From a virus: a stretch of 38,886 nt of DNA. This document shows, in pieces, positions 1-8,595 of the stretch; position 1 is the stretch's first letter; every line of letters starts with the position of its first letter. The notes below the pieces were generated by a model. That model was not told where the DNA came from, did no database searches, and saw only the letters and a list, made by a program, of their open reading frames with translations. The DNA lies in the UHGV virus genome UHGV-0147235; one strand, given 5' to 3'. The translations under genes were made by a program, and so were the position numbers.

Positions 1-94
1 ACAGAACTCAAGTTTCTGAATGGGAACGCGATCAATATATGAAACAATACTAATCGCTAAGCAAAAAGGGGAGAGACTTAGGGATACAAGGAGT

Positions 95-121
95 TAAGGC
101 ACTTGCCTTAGCTTCTTTTTT
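95..121 (+). terminator. Terminator-like hairpin plus T-run, probably ending an upstream host gene
   Basis: TAAGGC (95-100) pairs with GCCTTA (105-110) around loop ACTT, followed by CTTTTTTT at 114-121. A frame-3 ORF ends at TAA 51-53. Confidence 0.35.
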
Positions 122-131
122 GTTTGAAAAC

Positions 132-193
132 TGGGCAACTAAATCATAAAAATTAGAGCGATTTTGAGAAACTGGGCAACTATTGGGCAACTA
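132..193. repeat. attL-side arm-type repeats: three direct copies of TGGGCAACTA (132-141, 173-182, 184-193)
   Basis: Exact 10-mer copies seen directly next to the 3-prime end of the integrase gene. The same 10-mer recurs three times at the far end of the window (38744-38794). Confidence 0.5.
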
Positions 194-196
194 AAG

Positions 197-1321
197 TTAA
201 AAAACATTCTTTATATACTTCTCGAAATTTTCTTTAGCGTCATCATTCATTTTTTTAGTTACATGACTATATACTTCACTCGTAATGGCTTCAGATTTAT
301 GACCTAAGCGTTCCTGGATTACTTTCATAGGTACATTGCTTTCTAGAAGTAGCGTAGCATGTGTATGTCTTAGTTTATGAATACTTAATCTATTATCTTT
401 ACCTAGTAATTTTCCAGTAACATACATCATAGTATTATGAGTTGTTGAGCGTGGTAATGGTTCACCAAACTCATTACAGAAAATATAATCGTAAGAATTA
501 TTATAGAAATCCGCATTAACAATTTTGTTACTATTTTGTAGATTCTTAAGTTTAAACAGTTCTTTAGCTAACTCATCTGAAATAAAAATAACTCTGTTTT
601 CTTTATTTTTAGTGGGTCCAAATTTATTAGACTTTTGATTATACGATTTAGTAATTGATAATGTTTTAAGTTTTCTATCATAATCATTCCAATTTAAAGC
701 ACTAGCTTCACCAATTCTCATACCAGTTTCTATTAGCGTTCTAAATAAAAAATATTGATATACATCTCTTTTACGTACCATATCTAAAAATGGTTTAATT
801 TTATCTTTAGGTAGATATTTAGCTTTTTCTTGTTGTTTCAAATCTATATGTTGCAAGGTTATACCATCACATGGATTGTGATGAATGAGTCTGTCATATT
901 TAGCTCTTTCTAAGCTACGCTTTAATAGATTATGTGTTTTAGATAATGTGGATTTACTATAACCTTTTTCAATTAAGTAATTGATAAAACTTTGATGTAT
1001 AGAGGGAGTAATGTCTTTTATATTTATATCGTTATAAAAGTCTAATATTCGTTTCTTCGAGAATTGTTCAATGTCAAAACTACTATCGCTTATCTTATTT
1101 TTTCTCCAAGTTTCAAGATAGTAATCGAGCCATTCTGTTAGAGTATAATTTTTTTCTTCTTTATAGCCTTTATTAATCTTACTTTCTAGTTCTATTGCAG
1201 CGCGTTTAGCTTCTTGTTTCGTTCTAAAGCCTGATTTACTAATATATTTTTTTCTTCCTAAATTATCATTATAATGAATTTTAAAACGCCATTTACTACC
1301 ACGTTTTTCGAATGATGCCAT
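197..1321 (-). CDS. int: Tyrosine recombinase / phage integrase
   Basis: C-terminal catalytic region HKLRHTHATLLL...LGH...EVYSHV (R-H-R-Y family). AGGAG lies 9 nt upstream of the ATG at 1321. The ORF-track ATG at 1330 abuts the SD and is unlikely to be used. Confidence 0.9.
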   Translation of the reverse strand: MASFEKRGSKWRFKIHYNDNLGRKKYISKSGFRTKQEAKRAAIELESKINKGYKEEKNYTLTEWLDYYLETWRKNKISDSSFDIEQFSKKRILDFYNDINIKDITPSIHQSFINYLIEKGYSKSTLSKTHNLLKRSLERAKYDRLIHHNPCDGITLQHIDLKQQEKAKYLPKDKIKPFLDMVRKRDVYQYFLFRTLIETGMRIGEASALNWNDYDRKLKTLSITKSYNQKSNKFGPTKNKENRVIFISDELAKELFKLKNLQNSNKIVNADFYNNSYDYIFCNEFGEPLPRSTTHNTMMYVTGKLLGKDNRLSIHKLRHTHATLLLESNVPMKVIQERLGHKSEAITSEVYSHVTKKMNDDAKENFEKYIKNVF

Positions 1322-1387
1322 GTAAATCATCTCCTAGTTGTTAATTCTTGTTGTATAAAAATAGGGTAGACAAGCTACCCATAATTA

Positions 1388-2077
1388 TTATTTATAAGTA
1401 TTATTAAAACTTTCAGCATATTTCGCTGGATTATCATAGATTTCATTTTTATACTTTTCAATATTATTGATAGCATCTTCATTCCATCTACTCGAAGCTA
1501 CACGGGTACCATTAATTTTTATTCCAATATTAGCTGATTTAACGTCAGTATTTGCTTTGTTGATACCAATGAGCGTTTGAGCTATAGCTTGATTTATAGT
1601 CTTTTTAGTCATATTTTTAGTTAAGTTATGGTCAATTGATATTAAAATATTAGTATTAGTACCAAACTGACCTAATTCTTGGACTTTTCCTAGATGTAAT
1701 TCATTTTCAACTGAATTTCTTAGTTGATTAGTTTGATTTTCGCTATTATCAATAATTACATCCTTAGTTTTTATCGAATTTTTTTCATTGTTAATTTTAG
1801 GATCTTCATTTGTATTTGAAGCGGGGATTTCAATTTTATTACTATCTTTAGTTTCCTGTTGGTGATTTGATGTATCGGATTCTTCATTTGAATCAATATT
1901 TGGTAGTATTAAGGTGATAACGAAAAATATTGTGAATATTAAAGATATGATTACTTTTGTCGACTTTTTAAAGAAAGTATATCGCCATATTAAAAATACT
2001 CCTAATGGAAAGAAAAATGTTAAGGACAAAAATATAAACCAATTTTTTTTATAAAATGGTGTTTTTTCTAGCTGCAT
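1388..2077 (-). CDS. Membrane-anchored cargo protein: 2 N-terminal TM helices, N/S/E-rich linker, C-terminal globular domain. Possible superinfection-exclusion or lysogenic-conversion protein
   Basis: Hydrophobic segments FIFLSLTFFFPLGVFLIW and VIISLIFTIFFVITLIL, then a low-complexity linker. Lies between int and the cI-like gene on the int strand. Confidence 0.5.
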   Translation of the reverse strand: MQLEKTPFYKKNWFIFLSLTFFFPLGVFLIWRYTFFKKSTKVIISLIFTIFFVITLILPNIDSNEESDTSNHQQETKDSNKIEIPASNTNEDPKINNEKNSIKTKDVIIDNSENQTNQLRNSVENELHLGKVQELGQFGTNTNILISIDHNLTKNMTKKTINQAIAQTLIGINKANTDVKSANIGIKINGTRVASSRWNEDAINNIEKYKNEIYDNPAKYAESFNNTYK

Positions 2078-2104
2078 AATTCATCACTCCTGTATAATAT
2101 AAAG

Positions 2105-2464
2105 CTAATTGTCGTTTAACAATATTTTAAGAAATGCGAGATTGGGATATTTATAGTTGTAAAAATAAATAGTTTGAAGAATTTGATAGGTAGGTAATTC
2201 AAAAAAATTGCTTAGTTTTTGGAGGGTATTGCAATTATAAATCTCTATAGCTTTTTGAATTTTCATAAGAGGAACTAAATAACTTATGTTTTGATTTAAA
2301 TTTTTAAGAATAGAATACGATTTCCTAAAATCAGTATTCGAAGACAATTTAGTATTTATATATAAATTTTTATCTACTATCAAACACTCTAACTTTTCAG
2401 GCATCTCTTTATACTCAATATTAATGCCCTCAATCAACTCCTTGAATTGATGCATAATTTTCAC
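2105..2464 (-). CDS. Hypothetical protein in the lysogeny module
   Basis: 119-aa ORF on the int/cI strand. No motif recognised. Confidence 0.45.
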   Translation of the reverse strand: MKIMHQFKELIEGINIEYKEMPEKLECLIVDKNLYINTKLSSNTDFRKSYSILKNLNQNISYLVPLMKIQKAIEIYNCNTLQKLSNFFELPTYQILQTIYFYNYKYPNLAFLKILLNDN

Positions 2465-2612
2465 TCCTTTATATAATAATGTTTTGAAACTTAGTTTTTT
2501 CTTTTATAGCCTCATCTCCAATTTAAAAGTAAAATTATGCATAATTTAATTTATAAAAAAAGAGACACAATTATACTAACTAAAAAAATTAGTAATAAAT
2601 TAGCGTCTCTTT

Positions 2613-2954
2613 TTATTTATCGCCTTTATTATCTCTCTTACTTATCAAGTAATGAATAAAATTTTCTATTTCTTTTAATTCTTCTTCGGTTACATCCGAA
2701 TTAATTAAAGCTGATACTTGATGTTTTTGCATAGTAGTTTTTTCTTCAGTTAATTCAGATTTTGTTACATTAAAGTAATCAGAAAGTTGTTGAATTCTTT
2801 TTATTCTAGGATATTTTAATTCTTGAATCCAATTAGATATAGTGGGTTGAGTAACTCCAATAGCCTCTGCAAGTTCCTTCTGATCTATATTTTTGTTTTT
2901 CATTAATCTTTGAAGATTTTCAGAAAAAATTTTTCTAGCACTTTTATTACTCAT
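2613..2954 (-). CDS. cI-like repressor (XRE-family HTH, no peptidase domain)
   Basis: HTH segment QKELAEAIGVTQPTISNWIQ. AGGGAG lies 7 nt upstream of the ATG. Transcribed divergently from the cro-like gene. Confidence 0.8.
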   Translation of the reverse strand: MSNKSARKIFSENLQRLMKNKNIDQKELAEAIGVTQPTISNWIQELKYPRIKRIQQLSDYFNVTKSELTEEKTTMQKHQVSALINSDVTEEELKEIENFIHYLISKRDNKGDK

Positions 2955-2966
2955 ATTAAAACTCCC

Positions 2967-2991
2967 TTAATATTACTTAATGTAATATTAA
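2967..2991. promoter_or_regulatory. Operator: perfect 10-bp inverted repeat TTAATATTAC-TTAAT-GTAATATTAA
   Basis: Exact palindrome seen in the sequence, abutting the SD of the cI-like gene inside the cI/cro divergent region. Confidence 0.6.
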
Positions 2992-3044
2992 ATTACCATA
3001 AGTGATATAAATACACAATAGTTTTTCATTACTTTTAATAACAA

Positions 3045-3095
3045 AAAATAACTTTTTATATTGACACGCTACAAAAAGTAATATAAAGTTATTTT
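3045..3095 (+). promoter_or_regulatory. Early rightward promoter region, bracketed by an imperfect inverted repeat
   Basis: TTGACA at 3061-3066 with A/T-rich -10 candidates (TAATAT/TATAAA) at 3079-3087. AAAATAACTTTTTATAT (3045-3061) is the near-reverse-complement of ATATAAAGTTATTTT (3081-3095). Confidence 0.4.
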
Positions 3096-3116
3096 AAAGA
3101 AAGCGAGGTGTTAAGT

Positions 3117-3308
3117 ATGCCAGAACAATTAACTATTAAAAAATGGAGATTATTAAAAGATTTAAGACAACAAGATGTAGCAGATAAATTGGGGGTAGCT
3201 AGAAAAACAGTAGGGTATTGGGAAAAAGAAGACGCAAATGTAAGTAATGTTGTAATTTATGCTTTAGCGAAATTATTCAATATTGAAATTGACCAAATAA
3301 AAGTTTAG
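3117..3308 (+). CDS. Cro-like XRE-family HTH regulator
   Basis: HTH segment LRQQDVADKLGVARKTVGYWE. GAGGTG lies 6 nt upstream of ATG 3117; the ORF-track GTG at 3108 is inside the SD. Confidence 0.75.
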   Translation: MPEQLTIKKWRLLKDLRQQDVADKLGVARKTVGYWEKEDANVSNVVIYALAKLFNIEIDQIKV

Positions 3309-3366
3309 ATATTTTTTTATTTCTTGTATAACTTTTAATAACTTTTAATTTGGGAAAGGTGTTTTA

Positions 3367-3645
3367 ATGAGCAATATATCTATTGAAATTGACAATGACT
3401 TTATTAATCAACTAGTGCAAGAAAAAGTAGAAAGTATTTTAAGCAACTATAAAAGAGAAGTTGCTGCAGTGGATATTAAAGATTTAGTGACTATCACAGG
3501 TCTTAGTAAATCTACTCTAGTTAACAAAATTGTAGTTGAGCCTGAAATTGTTGAAATAACAAGACGAGTTGGCACAAGAGTTTTGTATCTATATCCGCAA
3601 GTATTAGAAGCATATCAAAAAATACTTAATCGCATAAATAACTAA
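3367..3645 (+). CDS. Small DNA-binding protein (HTH; excisionase or antirepressor-like)
   Basis: 92 aa with a putative HTH (DLVTITGLSKSTLVNKI). GGAAAGGTG SD upstream. Function is inferred only from position and the HTH. Confidence 0.45.
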   Translation: MSNISIEIDNDFINQLVQEKVESILSNYKREVAAVDIKDLVTITGLSKSTLVNKIVVEPEIVEITRRVGTRVLYLYPQVLEAYQKILNRINN

Positions 3646-3657
3646 GGAGGTGATGAT

Positions 3658-3837
3658 ATGACTAAGGAAACTAAAGTAACGCTCATTACTGGATTTACAT
3701 TTATAACAATATTCTTTGCCTTAATGATTGCAGAAGTATTTATCACACGAGCAACTGCATACGCACTATTCGCATCTTTATTTATGTATTTATTTTTTGA
3801 TAAGTATTTCTTTGAACAAAAAAAGACTGAATGCTAA
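3658..3837 (+). CDS. Small membrane protein, 59 aa, two predicted TM helices; not in the ORF track
   Basis: AAGGAGGTG lies 5 nt upstream of ATG 3658. Translation: MTKETKVTLITGFTFITIFFALMIAEVFITRATAYALFASLFMYLFFDKYFFEQKKTEC. Confidence 0.5.
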   Translation: MTKETKVTLITGFTFITIFFALMIAEVFITRATAYALFASLFMYLFFDKYFFEQKKTEC

Positions 3838-3905
3838 CGGCAATTAGCAAACAGTCGAACAAATTTCAAATAAAATTCAAATCAATTATATCACAGGAGA
3901 ACAAA

Positions 3906-4169
3906 ATGAAATATAAGCTATTAAAAATTGCTAACGAATTAAACGATTTAATTATGCATAGTAAAGAGCACATTAAATGTGATTTTAGTACTGGTGAATG
4001 TAAAAACGAAGTGAAGGTTTTTCTTTTTCACTATTCAGATAGATATAAAAATAACTGTGAAATTATTACCTTTTTTGAACATTACGAAGGTAAAAATATA
4101 TTAGAGAATTTTGAATTAGCCAAGAAAGTAATTAAAGGAGAGTGCTTAATCAATGCCGAGTTTATTTGA
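3906..4169 (+). CDS. Hypothetical early protein (87 aa)
   Basis: AGGAGA lies 5 nt upstream of the internal ATG at 3906. The ORF-track start at 3831 lacks an SD and overlaps the preceding small gene. Confidence 0.5.
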   Translation: MKYKLLKIANELNDLIMHSKEHIKCDFSTGECKNEVKVFLFHYSDRYKNNCEIITFFEHYEGKNILENFELAKKVIKGECLINAEFI

Positions 4170-4638
4170 CTTATCAGCTGACTACCAACAAGTTTATAAC
4201 CTTATCGCAGAACAAGAAGATGAGCAAATTCTAAAAGATACATTAGCGAGTATTAATGACGCTATCGAAGACAAAGCAGATGGATATGTAGCAGTTATCA
4301 GAACATTAGAAAGTGATAATAAAGCAATAGATGAAGAAGTAAAACGTCTTCGACAACGTAAGACTTCTAATCAAAATGGGGTGAAGCGATTAAAAGAAAG
4401 TTTACAAGAAGTTATGGAGAAAACTGGAAAAGTGAAATTTAAAACAGCACTTAACTCGTATAGTATCGCAAATAATCCACCTAGTATCGAAGTAACTAAT
4501 GAAAGTCTAATTCCTAAAAGTTACTGGATTGTACAAGCACCTAAATTAAATAAAAAAGAAATGTTAGCCGACATTAAAAATGGCATAGAAATCAAAGGTG
4601 CAGAAGTTATACAAACTAGAAGTTTAAGGGTGAGATAG
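4153..4638 (+). CDS. Siphovirus Gp157-family protein
   Basis: Size, position immediately upstream of the ERF/SSB pair, and overall resemblance to the Gp157 family. Called from memory of the family. Confidence 0.45.
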   Translation: MPSLFDLSADYQQVYNLIAEQEDEQILKDTLASINDAIEDKADGYVAVIRTLESDNKAIDEEVKRLRQRKTSNQNGVKRLKESLQEVMEKTGKVKFKTALNSYSIANNPPSIEVTNESLIPKSYWIVQAPKLNKKEMLADIKNGIEIKGAEVIQTRSLRVR

Positions 4639-5313
4639 ATGGAAGAAGTAACTCAAGAATTAAATTTATTTCAAAAAATAGCAGACGTAAAAGCTAATAT
4701 TGATGGTTTTACTAAAGACGCAAAAAGTTATAACTATTCATATGTAAGTGGATCTCAAGTATTACATAGAATAAGAAATAAGATGATTGAAAATAATTTA
4801 TTACTCATTCCAAAAACAACTGAAGAAAATTATAAACAAATACAAGTTACCCGCTTCAATCAAAAAGCTAAACGTGAAATTACAGTTACAGAATTTGTAG
4901 TTGAAATGAAACTTACTTATGTATGGATCAATGCAGATAAACCTGAAGAACAATTAGAAATACCATTTTATGCAGTAGGTCAACAAGATGATGTGTCAAA
5001 AGCACATGGTACAGGACTTACATATGCAGAACGATATTTCTTAATGAAATTCTTCAATATTCCAACTGATGAAGATGATGCAGATGCTAAAGAAAAACAA
5101 GAAAAGTACGCAAATTCAAGTAATCAATTAAAAGACATACTACGAGATGAAGTAAATAAATTTATACAAATAGTAGAAAATAGCGGACTTTCAGAAAAAT
5201 ATAAAGATGAAATAAGCAAATTGAAAATGATGGATGTAAACACTTTAGATAAACAACAGATTATTAAAACTAGAAACTTAATCCGAAGATGGCTAGGAGG
5301 AATTGAATCATGA
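4639..5313 (+). CDS. ERF-family single-strand annealing protein
   Basis: 224 aa immediately upstream of ssb. Segment [22 protein letters not shown] resembles the ERF core; acidic C-terminus. Confidence 0.5.
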   Translation: MEEVTQELNLFQKIADVKANIDGFTKDAKSYNYSYVSGSQVLHRIRNKMIENNLLLIPKTTEENYKQIQVTRFNQKAKREITVTEFVVEMKLTYVWINADKPEEQLEIPFYAVGQQDDVSKAHGTGLTYAERYFLMKFFNIPTDEDDADAKEKQEKYANSSNQLKDILRDEVNKFIQIVENSGLSEKYKDEISKLKMMDVNTLDKQQIIKTRNLIRRWLGGIES

Positions 5314-5744
5314 TAAACAAAGTAGTTATAGTAGGAAGATTGACTAAAAATCCTGAATATAGAACAACGCCTAATGGAATTAGCGTTTCGACTTTTACCT
5401 TAGCAGTAAATAGGACATTTACTAATTCAAATGGAGAACGTGAAGCGGATTTTATCAATGTAGTTACATTCAAAAAGCAAGCAGACAACGTAAATAATTA
5501 TTTAAGTAAAGGTTCACTTGTTGGAGTAGAAGCACGTATTCAGACACGTAATTATGAAAATAATGAAGGACAAAGAATATATGTCACTGAAGTTGTAGCT
5601 GAAAGAGTTCATTTTTTAGATAGTAAAGGTAATAGTCAACAAAATAACTCATCTCAACAACATAGACAAGTATTAGCAGGAAATGCTCCATTTGCTAATG
5701 CTAATGGTCCGATAGAGATTAGTTCGGATGATCTCCCGTTTTGA
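5310..5744 (+). CDS. ssb: Single-stranded DNA-binding protein
   Basis: OB-fold N-terminus [25 protein letters not shown]-rich linker, acidic tail ending DDLPF. Confidence 0.9.
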   Translation: MINKVVIVGRLTKNPEYRTTPNGISVSTFTLAVNRTFTNSNGEREADFINVVTFKKQADNVNNYLSKGSLVGVEARIQTRNYENNEGQRIYVTEVVAERVHFLDSKGNSQQNNSSQQHRQVLAGNAPFANANGPIEISSDDLPF

Positions 5745-5756
5745 TAAGGTGATTGG

Positions 5757-6305
5757 ATGAACGAAGAATGGAGAGATGTTGTAGGTTACGAAGGTATTTA
5801 CGAAGTCAGTAACAAAGGTAGAGTAAGAACTCATAAATATAAAACTACTTATACAAAGAAACACGGTGTTAGACATTGGAGGCAACGTTATTTAAAAGAT
5901 AAAACACCTAATGGAAGAAATGTAAGAGTGGCACTTTGGAAAGATGGGAAACCAAACTATTACTTAGTCCATAGGTTAGTTGCAAAAGCATTTATACCAG
6001 TTGTGAAAGACAAGAACTGTATCAATCATATAGACGGAAATCCTAAAAATAATAATGTAGAAAATTTTGAATGGTGCAATCACTTAGAAAATAATATACA
6101 CGCTTTAGAAACAGGATTAACAACTACTAATATGGCTGTAAAACTAATTAATCACTTAGATATTGAATACGAGTTTATCAGCATGAGTAGAGCAAGTGAA
6201 TTCTTAGGCAGGAATAAAGGCTATGTAAGTAGCCGGTTAAAAAATAATTGTTCAAAGTTAACCGATGTAAATGGCAATAATTACAAAGTAGAGAAGTTGA
6301 TATAG
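5757..6305 (+). CDS. HNH homing endonuclease (NUMOD4 + HNH_3 motifs)
   Basis: WRDVVGYEGIYEVSNKGRVR is NUMOD4-like. HRLVAKAFIP...INHIDGNPKNNNVENFEWCNHLEN is HNH_3-like. Confidence 0.7.
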   Translation: MNEEWRDVVGYEGIYEVSNKGRVRTHKYKTTYTKKHGVRHWRQRYLKDKTPNGRNVRVALWKDGKPNYYLVHRLVAKAFIPVVKDKNCINHIDGNPKNNNVENFEWCNHLENNIHALETGLTTTNMAVKLINHLDIEYEFISMSRASEFLGRNKGYVSSRLKNNCSKLTDVNGNNYKVEKLI

Positions 6306-6986
6306 ATGCCTAAAATAAGAAATTACATTACTCAAGATGACGGTACAACTACTGTCATTATTGAGAATGTAGAAATAGATAATAAAACATCATTATTGCT
6401 TGATAATGATTTAGAAGTAGAATGTGAAGTTAAACTAGTTGATCCATTCCTAATCACTGATAAGCAGCGTCGAAAAGTTTTTGCGCTTTGTAATGATATA
6501 GAGAGTTATACAGGCCAACCTAGAGAATATATGAGAGAAATGTTTCAAGACTACGTAACTTTCTTATACGGGTATGATAAACATATTTCTTTAAGCAATT
6601 GTTCAAGAGAGCAAGCTAGACAAGTTATAGAAGTGATACTGGACTGGGTGTTTCATAATAATATCCCACTTAACTACAAAACAAGTGACTTACTCAAAAA
6701 CGATAAATCTTTTCTGTACTGGGCAACGGTTAATCGTAACTGTGTAATTTGTGGTAAGCGTGGAGAGTTAGCACACTATGAAGCGGTTGGTAGAGGCATG
6801 AATAGAAATAAAATAGAACATTATGGTAAGCGTGTATTAGCGCTATGTAGAGAACATCATCAAGAACAACATTCAAGTGGTATTAAAACGTTTAATAATA
6901 AATACCACTTGAATGATAGTTGGATAGCGGTAGATGAAAGGCTGAATAAAATGTTGAAAGGTCAAAAGGTGAATTTTATCTATTAG
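6306..6986 (+). CDS. DUF968-like phage protein with a C-terminal Cys/His HNH-like zinc motif
   Basis: C-terminal CVICGKRGELAHYEAVGRG...ALCREHHQEQH. Confidence 0.45.
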   Translation: MPKIRNYITQDDGTTTVIIENVEIDNKTSLLLDNDLEVECEVKLVDPFLITDKQRRKVFALCNDIESYTGQPREYMREMFQDYVTFLYGYDKHISLSNCSREQARQVIEVILDWVFHNNIPLNYKTSDLLKNDKSFLYWATVNRNCVICGKRGELAHYEAVGRGMNRNKIEHYGKRVLALCREHHQEQHSSGIKTFNNKYHLNDSWIAVDERLNKMLKGQKVNFIY

Positions 6987-7764
6987 ATTTATTATAGGAA
7001 ACTATAAAAATTATGACGTAGAAACACATAGCTCTATATTCATGTGGGATAAAGGGGAGCAAGACGTTAGCTAGGAAAGTAATATAATGATTAGTTAATT
7101 CATCAATTTCTTCGCCAATGTGACTTAACAACCATCCTTTAAACATTGAATCTATAGCATTTTGTAGTTTACCATTTTCAGATGTATTTATCACGTCATC
7201 TCTAATTTCTCCAAACTCTTTAAAAGTATTGAATGAATTTGTAATTACTGGCTCCCACTTTATTTGTCTAATCGAATTATTATAAAAAAGTGTATTTTTA
7301 ACATATTCATATCTTAAAATTTTAAACGAGTTATCGATTAAATCTGAATTAATATTCATATCTATTGATCGTTTTATTCGTTCAAGTACCGAATTAGAAA
7401 ACAAACTACTTTTGAATTGATTTTGATAGTTTTCAATCATCTTATTTATTTGTATTAATTGCTTAGCGTTAATCCTAGAAGCTACTTTAGCAGGATTGGA
7501 ATAAAAGGCATTTTCAAATGGAAAGTTCTTTGGAAGTGCATTATTAATTGTTTTTAAGTCGTTCATCAATGTTGGATTACTATTATAAAAATTTAATAAA
7601 GGTTTAATTTGAGGCATAAGTGAATCAATAGTTACAATAGTACGTTTGTAACTGGGAGAATTAGTAACTTCTAAAGCTTTTTTAACTGTAGAAGATAAAT
7701 GAACATTGTGAGCATTAATATTATTTATTTGTTTTTGAATTAAATACGAATAATTTTTATACAT
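6976..7764 (-). CDS. Hypothetical cargo protein on the opposite strand inside the replication module
   Basis: 262-aa ORF in 70% AT DNA is very unlikely by chance. AGGCGGTG lies 6 nt upstream of ATG 7764. Overlaps the DUF968-like gene convergently by 11 nt. No domain recognised. Confidence 0.6.
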   Translation of the reverse strand: MYKNYSYLIQKQINNINAHNVHLSSTVKKALEVTNSPSYKRTIVTIDSLMPQIKPLLNFYNSNPTLMNDLKTINNALPKNFPFENAFYSNPAKVASRINAKQLIQINKMIENYQNQFKSSLFSNSVLERIKRSIDMNINSDLIDNSFKILRYEYVKNTLFYNNSIRQIKWEPVITNSFNTFKEFGEIRDDVINTSENGKLQNAIDSMFKGWLLSHIGEEIDELTNHYITFLANVLLPFIPHEYRAMCFYVIIFIVSYNKSNR

Positions 7765-7827
7765 TAAATGCACCGCCTATATATATTTAAAAGCTTACTT
7801 AAATTATATCAGAAAGGAGAAATTAAA

Positions 7828-8583
7828 TTGTCTAATCAATTAATAGATGATTATCCTATTTTAGTCTTGCCAAAGCTTGCAGAGAAAATTGGATTAAATG
7901 AAGCAATTATATTACAACAAATTCATTATTGGTTAAAAGAAAGTAAACATTTCTATGATAATAAAATTTGGGTTTATAATTCATATCCTAACTGGGTTAA
8001 ACAATTTCCGTTTTGGAGTGAACGTACTATTCGAAGAACTTTCGGAAGCTTAGAAAAGAAAAATCTAGTTTATGTAGGTAACTATAATAAAGCAGGTTTT
8101 GATAGAACGAAATGGTATTCAATAAATTATAGTAATTTAGAAAAACTAGTGGCCACATCATCAGGACAAAATGGCCCGACGATAGTGACAAAATGGCCTG
8201 ATGCAAAAGGACAAAGTGGCCCTACCAATACCAGGGACTACACAGAGACTTCGTCAGAGACTACTCATAATAGCGCAACTGATGTTACGCAAGTTCAATT
8301 TAACCAATGGTGGAATTTATATGATAAGAAACTAGATAAGAAGAAAGCATTCAGCTTATTTAAATCAGCGCTTAAAAAGCATAAGTTCGAAACTATAATG
8401 AATGGAACTCAAGCATATCTTAAAACAATTACTAATAAGCAATATCAGAAATATCCTAAAACATTTTTATCGCAAGAAAGTTTTCTAAATGATTATTCTG
8501 AAAAAATTGATAAAAACACAAATCAATATACTGAAGCATTTGAAAGAGCTGCACAATCTGATATGGAAAATCTACCGTTTTAA
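7828..8583 (+). CDS. DnaD-like replisome organizer / replication initiation protein
   Basis: TTG start with AAAGGAG 8 nt upstream. N-terminus LSNQLIDDYPILVLPKLAEKIGLNEAIILQQIHYWL...FPFWSERTIRRTFGSLEKKNLV is typical of the family. Confidence 0.75.
   Translation: MSNQLIDDYPILVLPKLAEKIGLNEAIILQQIHYWLKESKHFYDNKIWVYNSYPNWVKQFPFWSERTIRRTFGSLEKKNLVYVGNYNKAGFDRTKWYSINYSNLEKLVATSSGQNGPTIVTKWPDAKGQSGPTNTRDYTETSSETTHNSATDVTQVQFNQWWNLYDKKLDKKKAFSLFKSALKKHKFETIMNGTQAYLKTITNKQYQKYPKTFLSQESFLNDYSEKIDKNTNQYTEAFERAAQSDMENLPF
8164..8222 (+). repeat. Iterons (candidate phage replication origin) inside the DnaD-like gene
   Basis: Three direct repeats: GACAAAATGGCC at 8165-8176 and 8187-8198, GACAAAGTGGCC at 8210-8221. 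Spacing is 22-23 bp. Confidence 0.5.
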
Positions 8584-8595
8584 AGGAGTGATATC

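Noticed and set aside
1-53. Possible 3-prime end of a host gene (frame 3, ending TAA 51-53)
   Set aside because: Too short to recognise a product. Noted only as context for the attL flank.
3831-3905. N-terminal extension of the ORF-track gene 3831-4169
   Set aside because: No SD, and it overlaps the well-supported small membrane gene. The internal ATG 3906 with an AGGAGA SD is preferred.
5270-5885. Minus-strand ORFs 5270-5488 and 5673-5885 overlapping ssb and the HNH gene
   Set aside because: Antisense to the well-supported ssb and HNH coding sequences. Their translations are hydrophobic low-complexity.
7768-7827. ORF-track N-terminal extension of the DnaD-like gene (MHRLYIFK...)
   Set aside because: The AAAGGAG SD sits inside this extension and precedes TTG 7828, where the conserved DnaD-like N-terminus begins.
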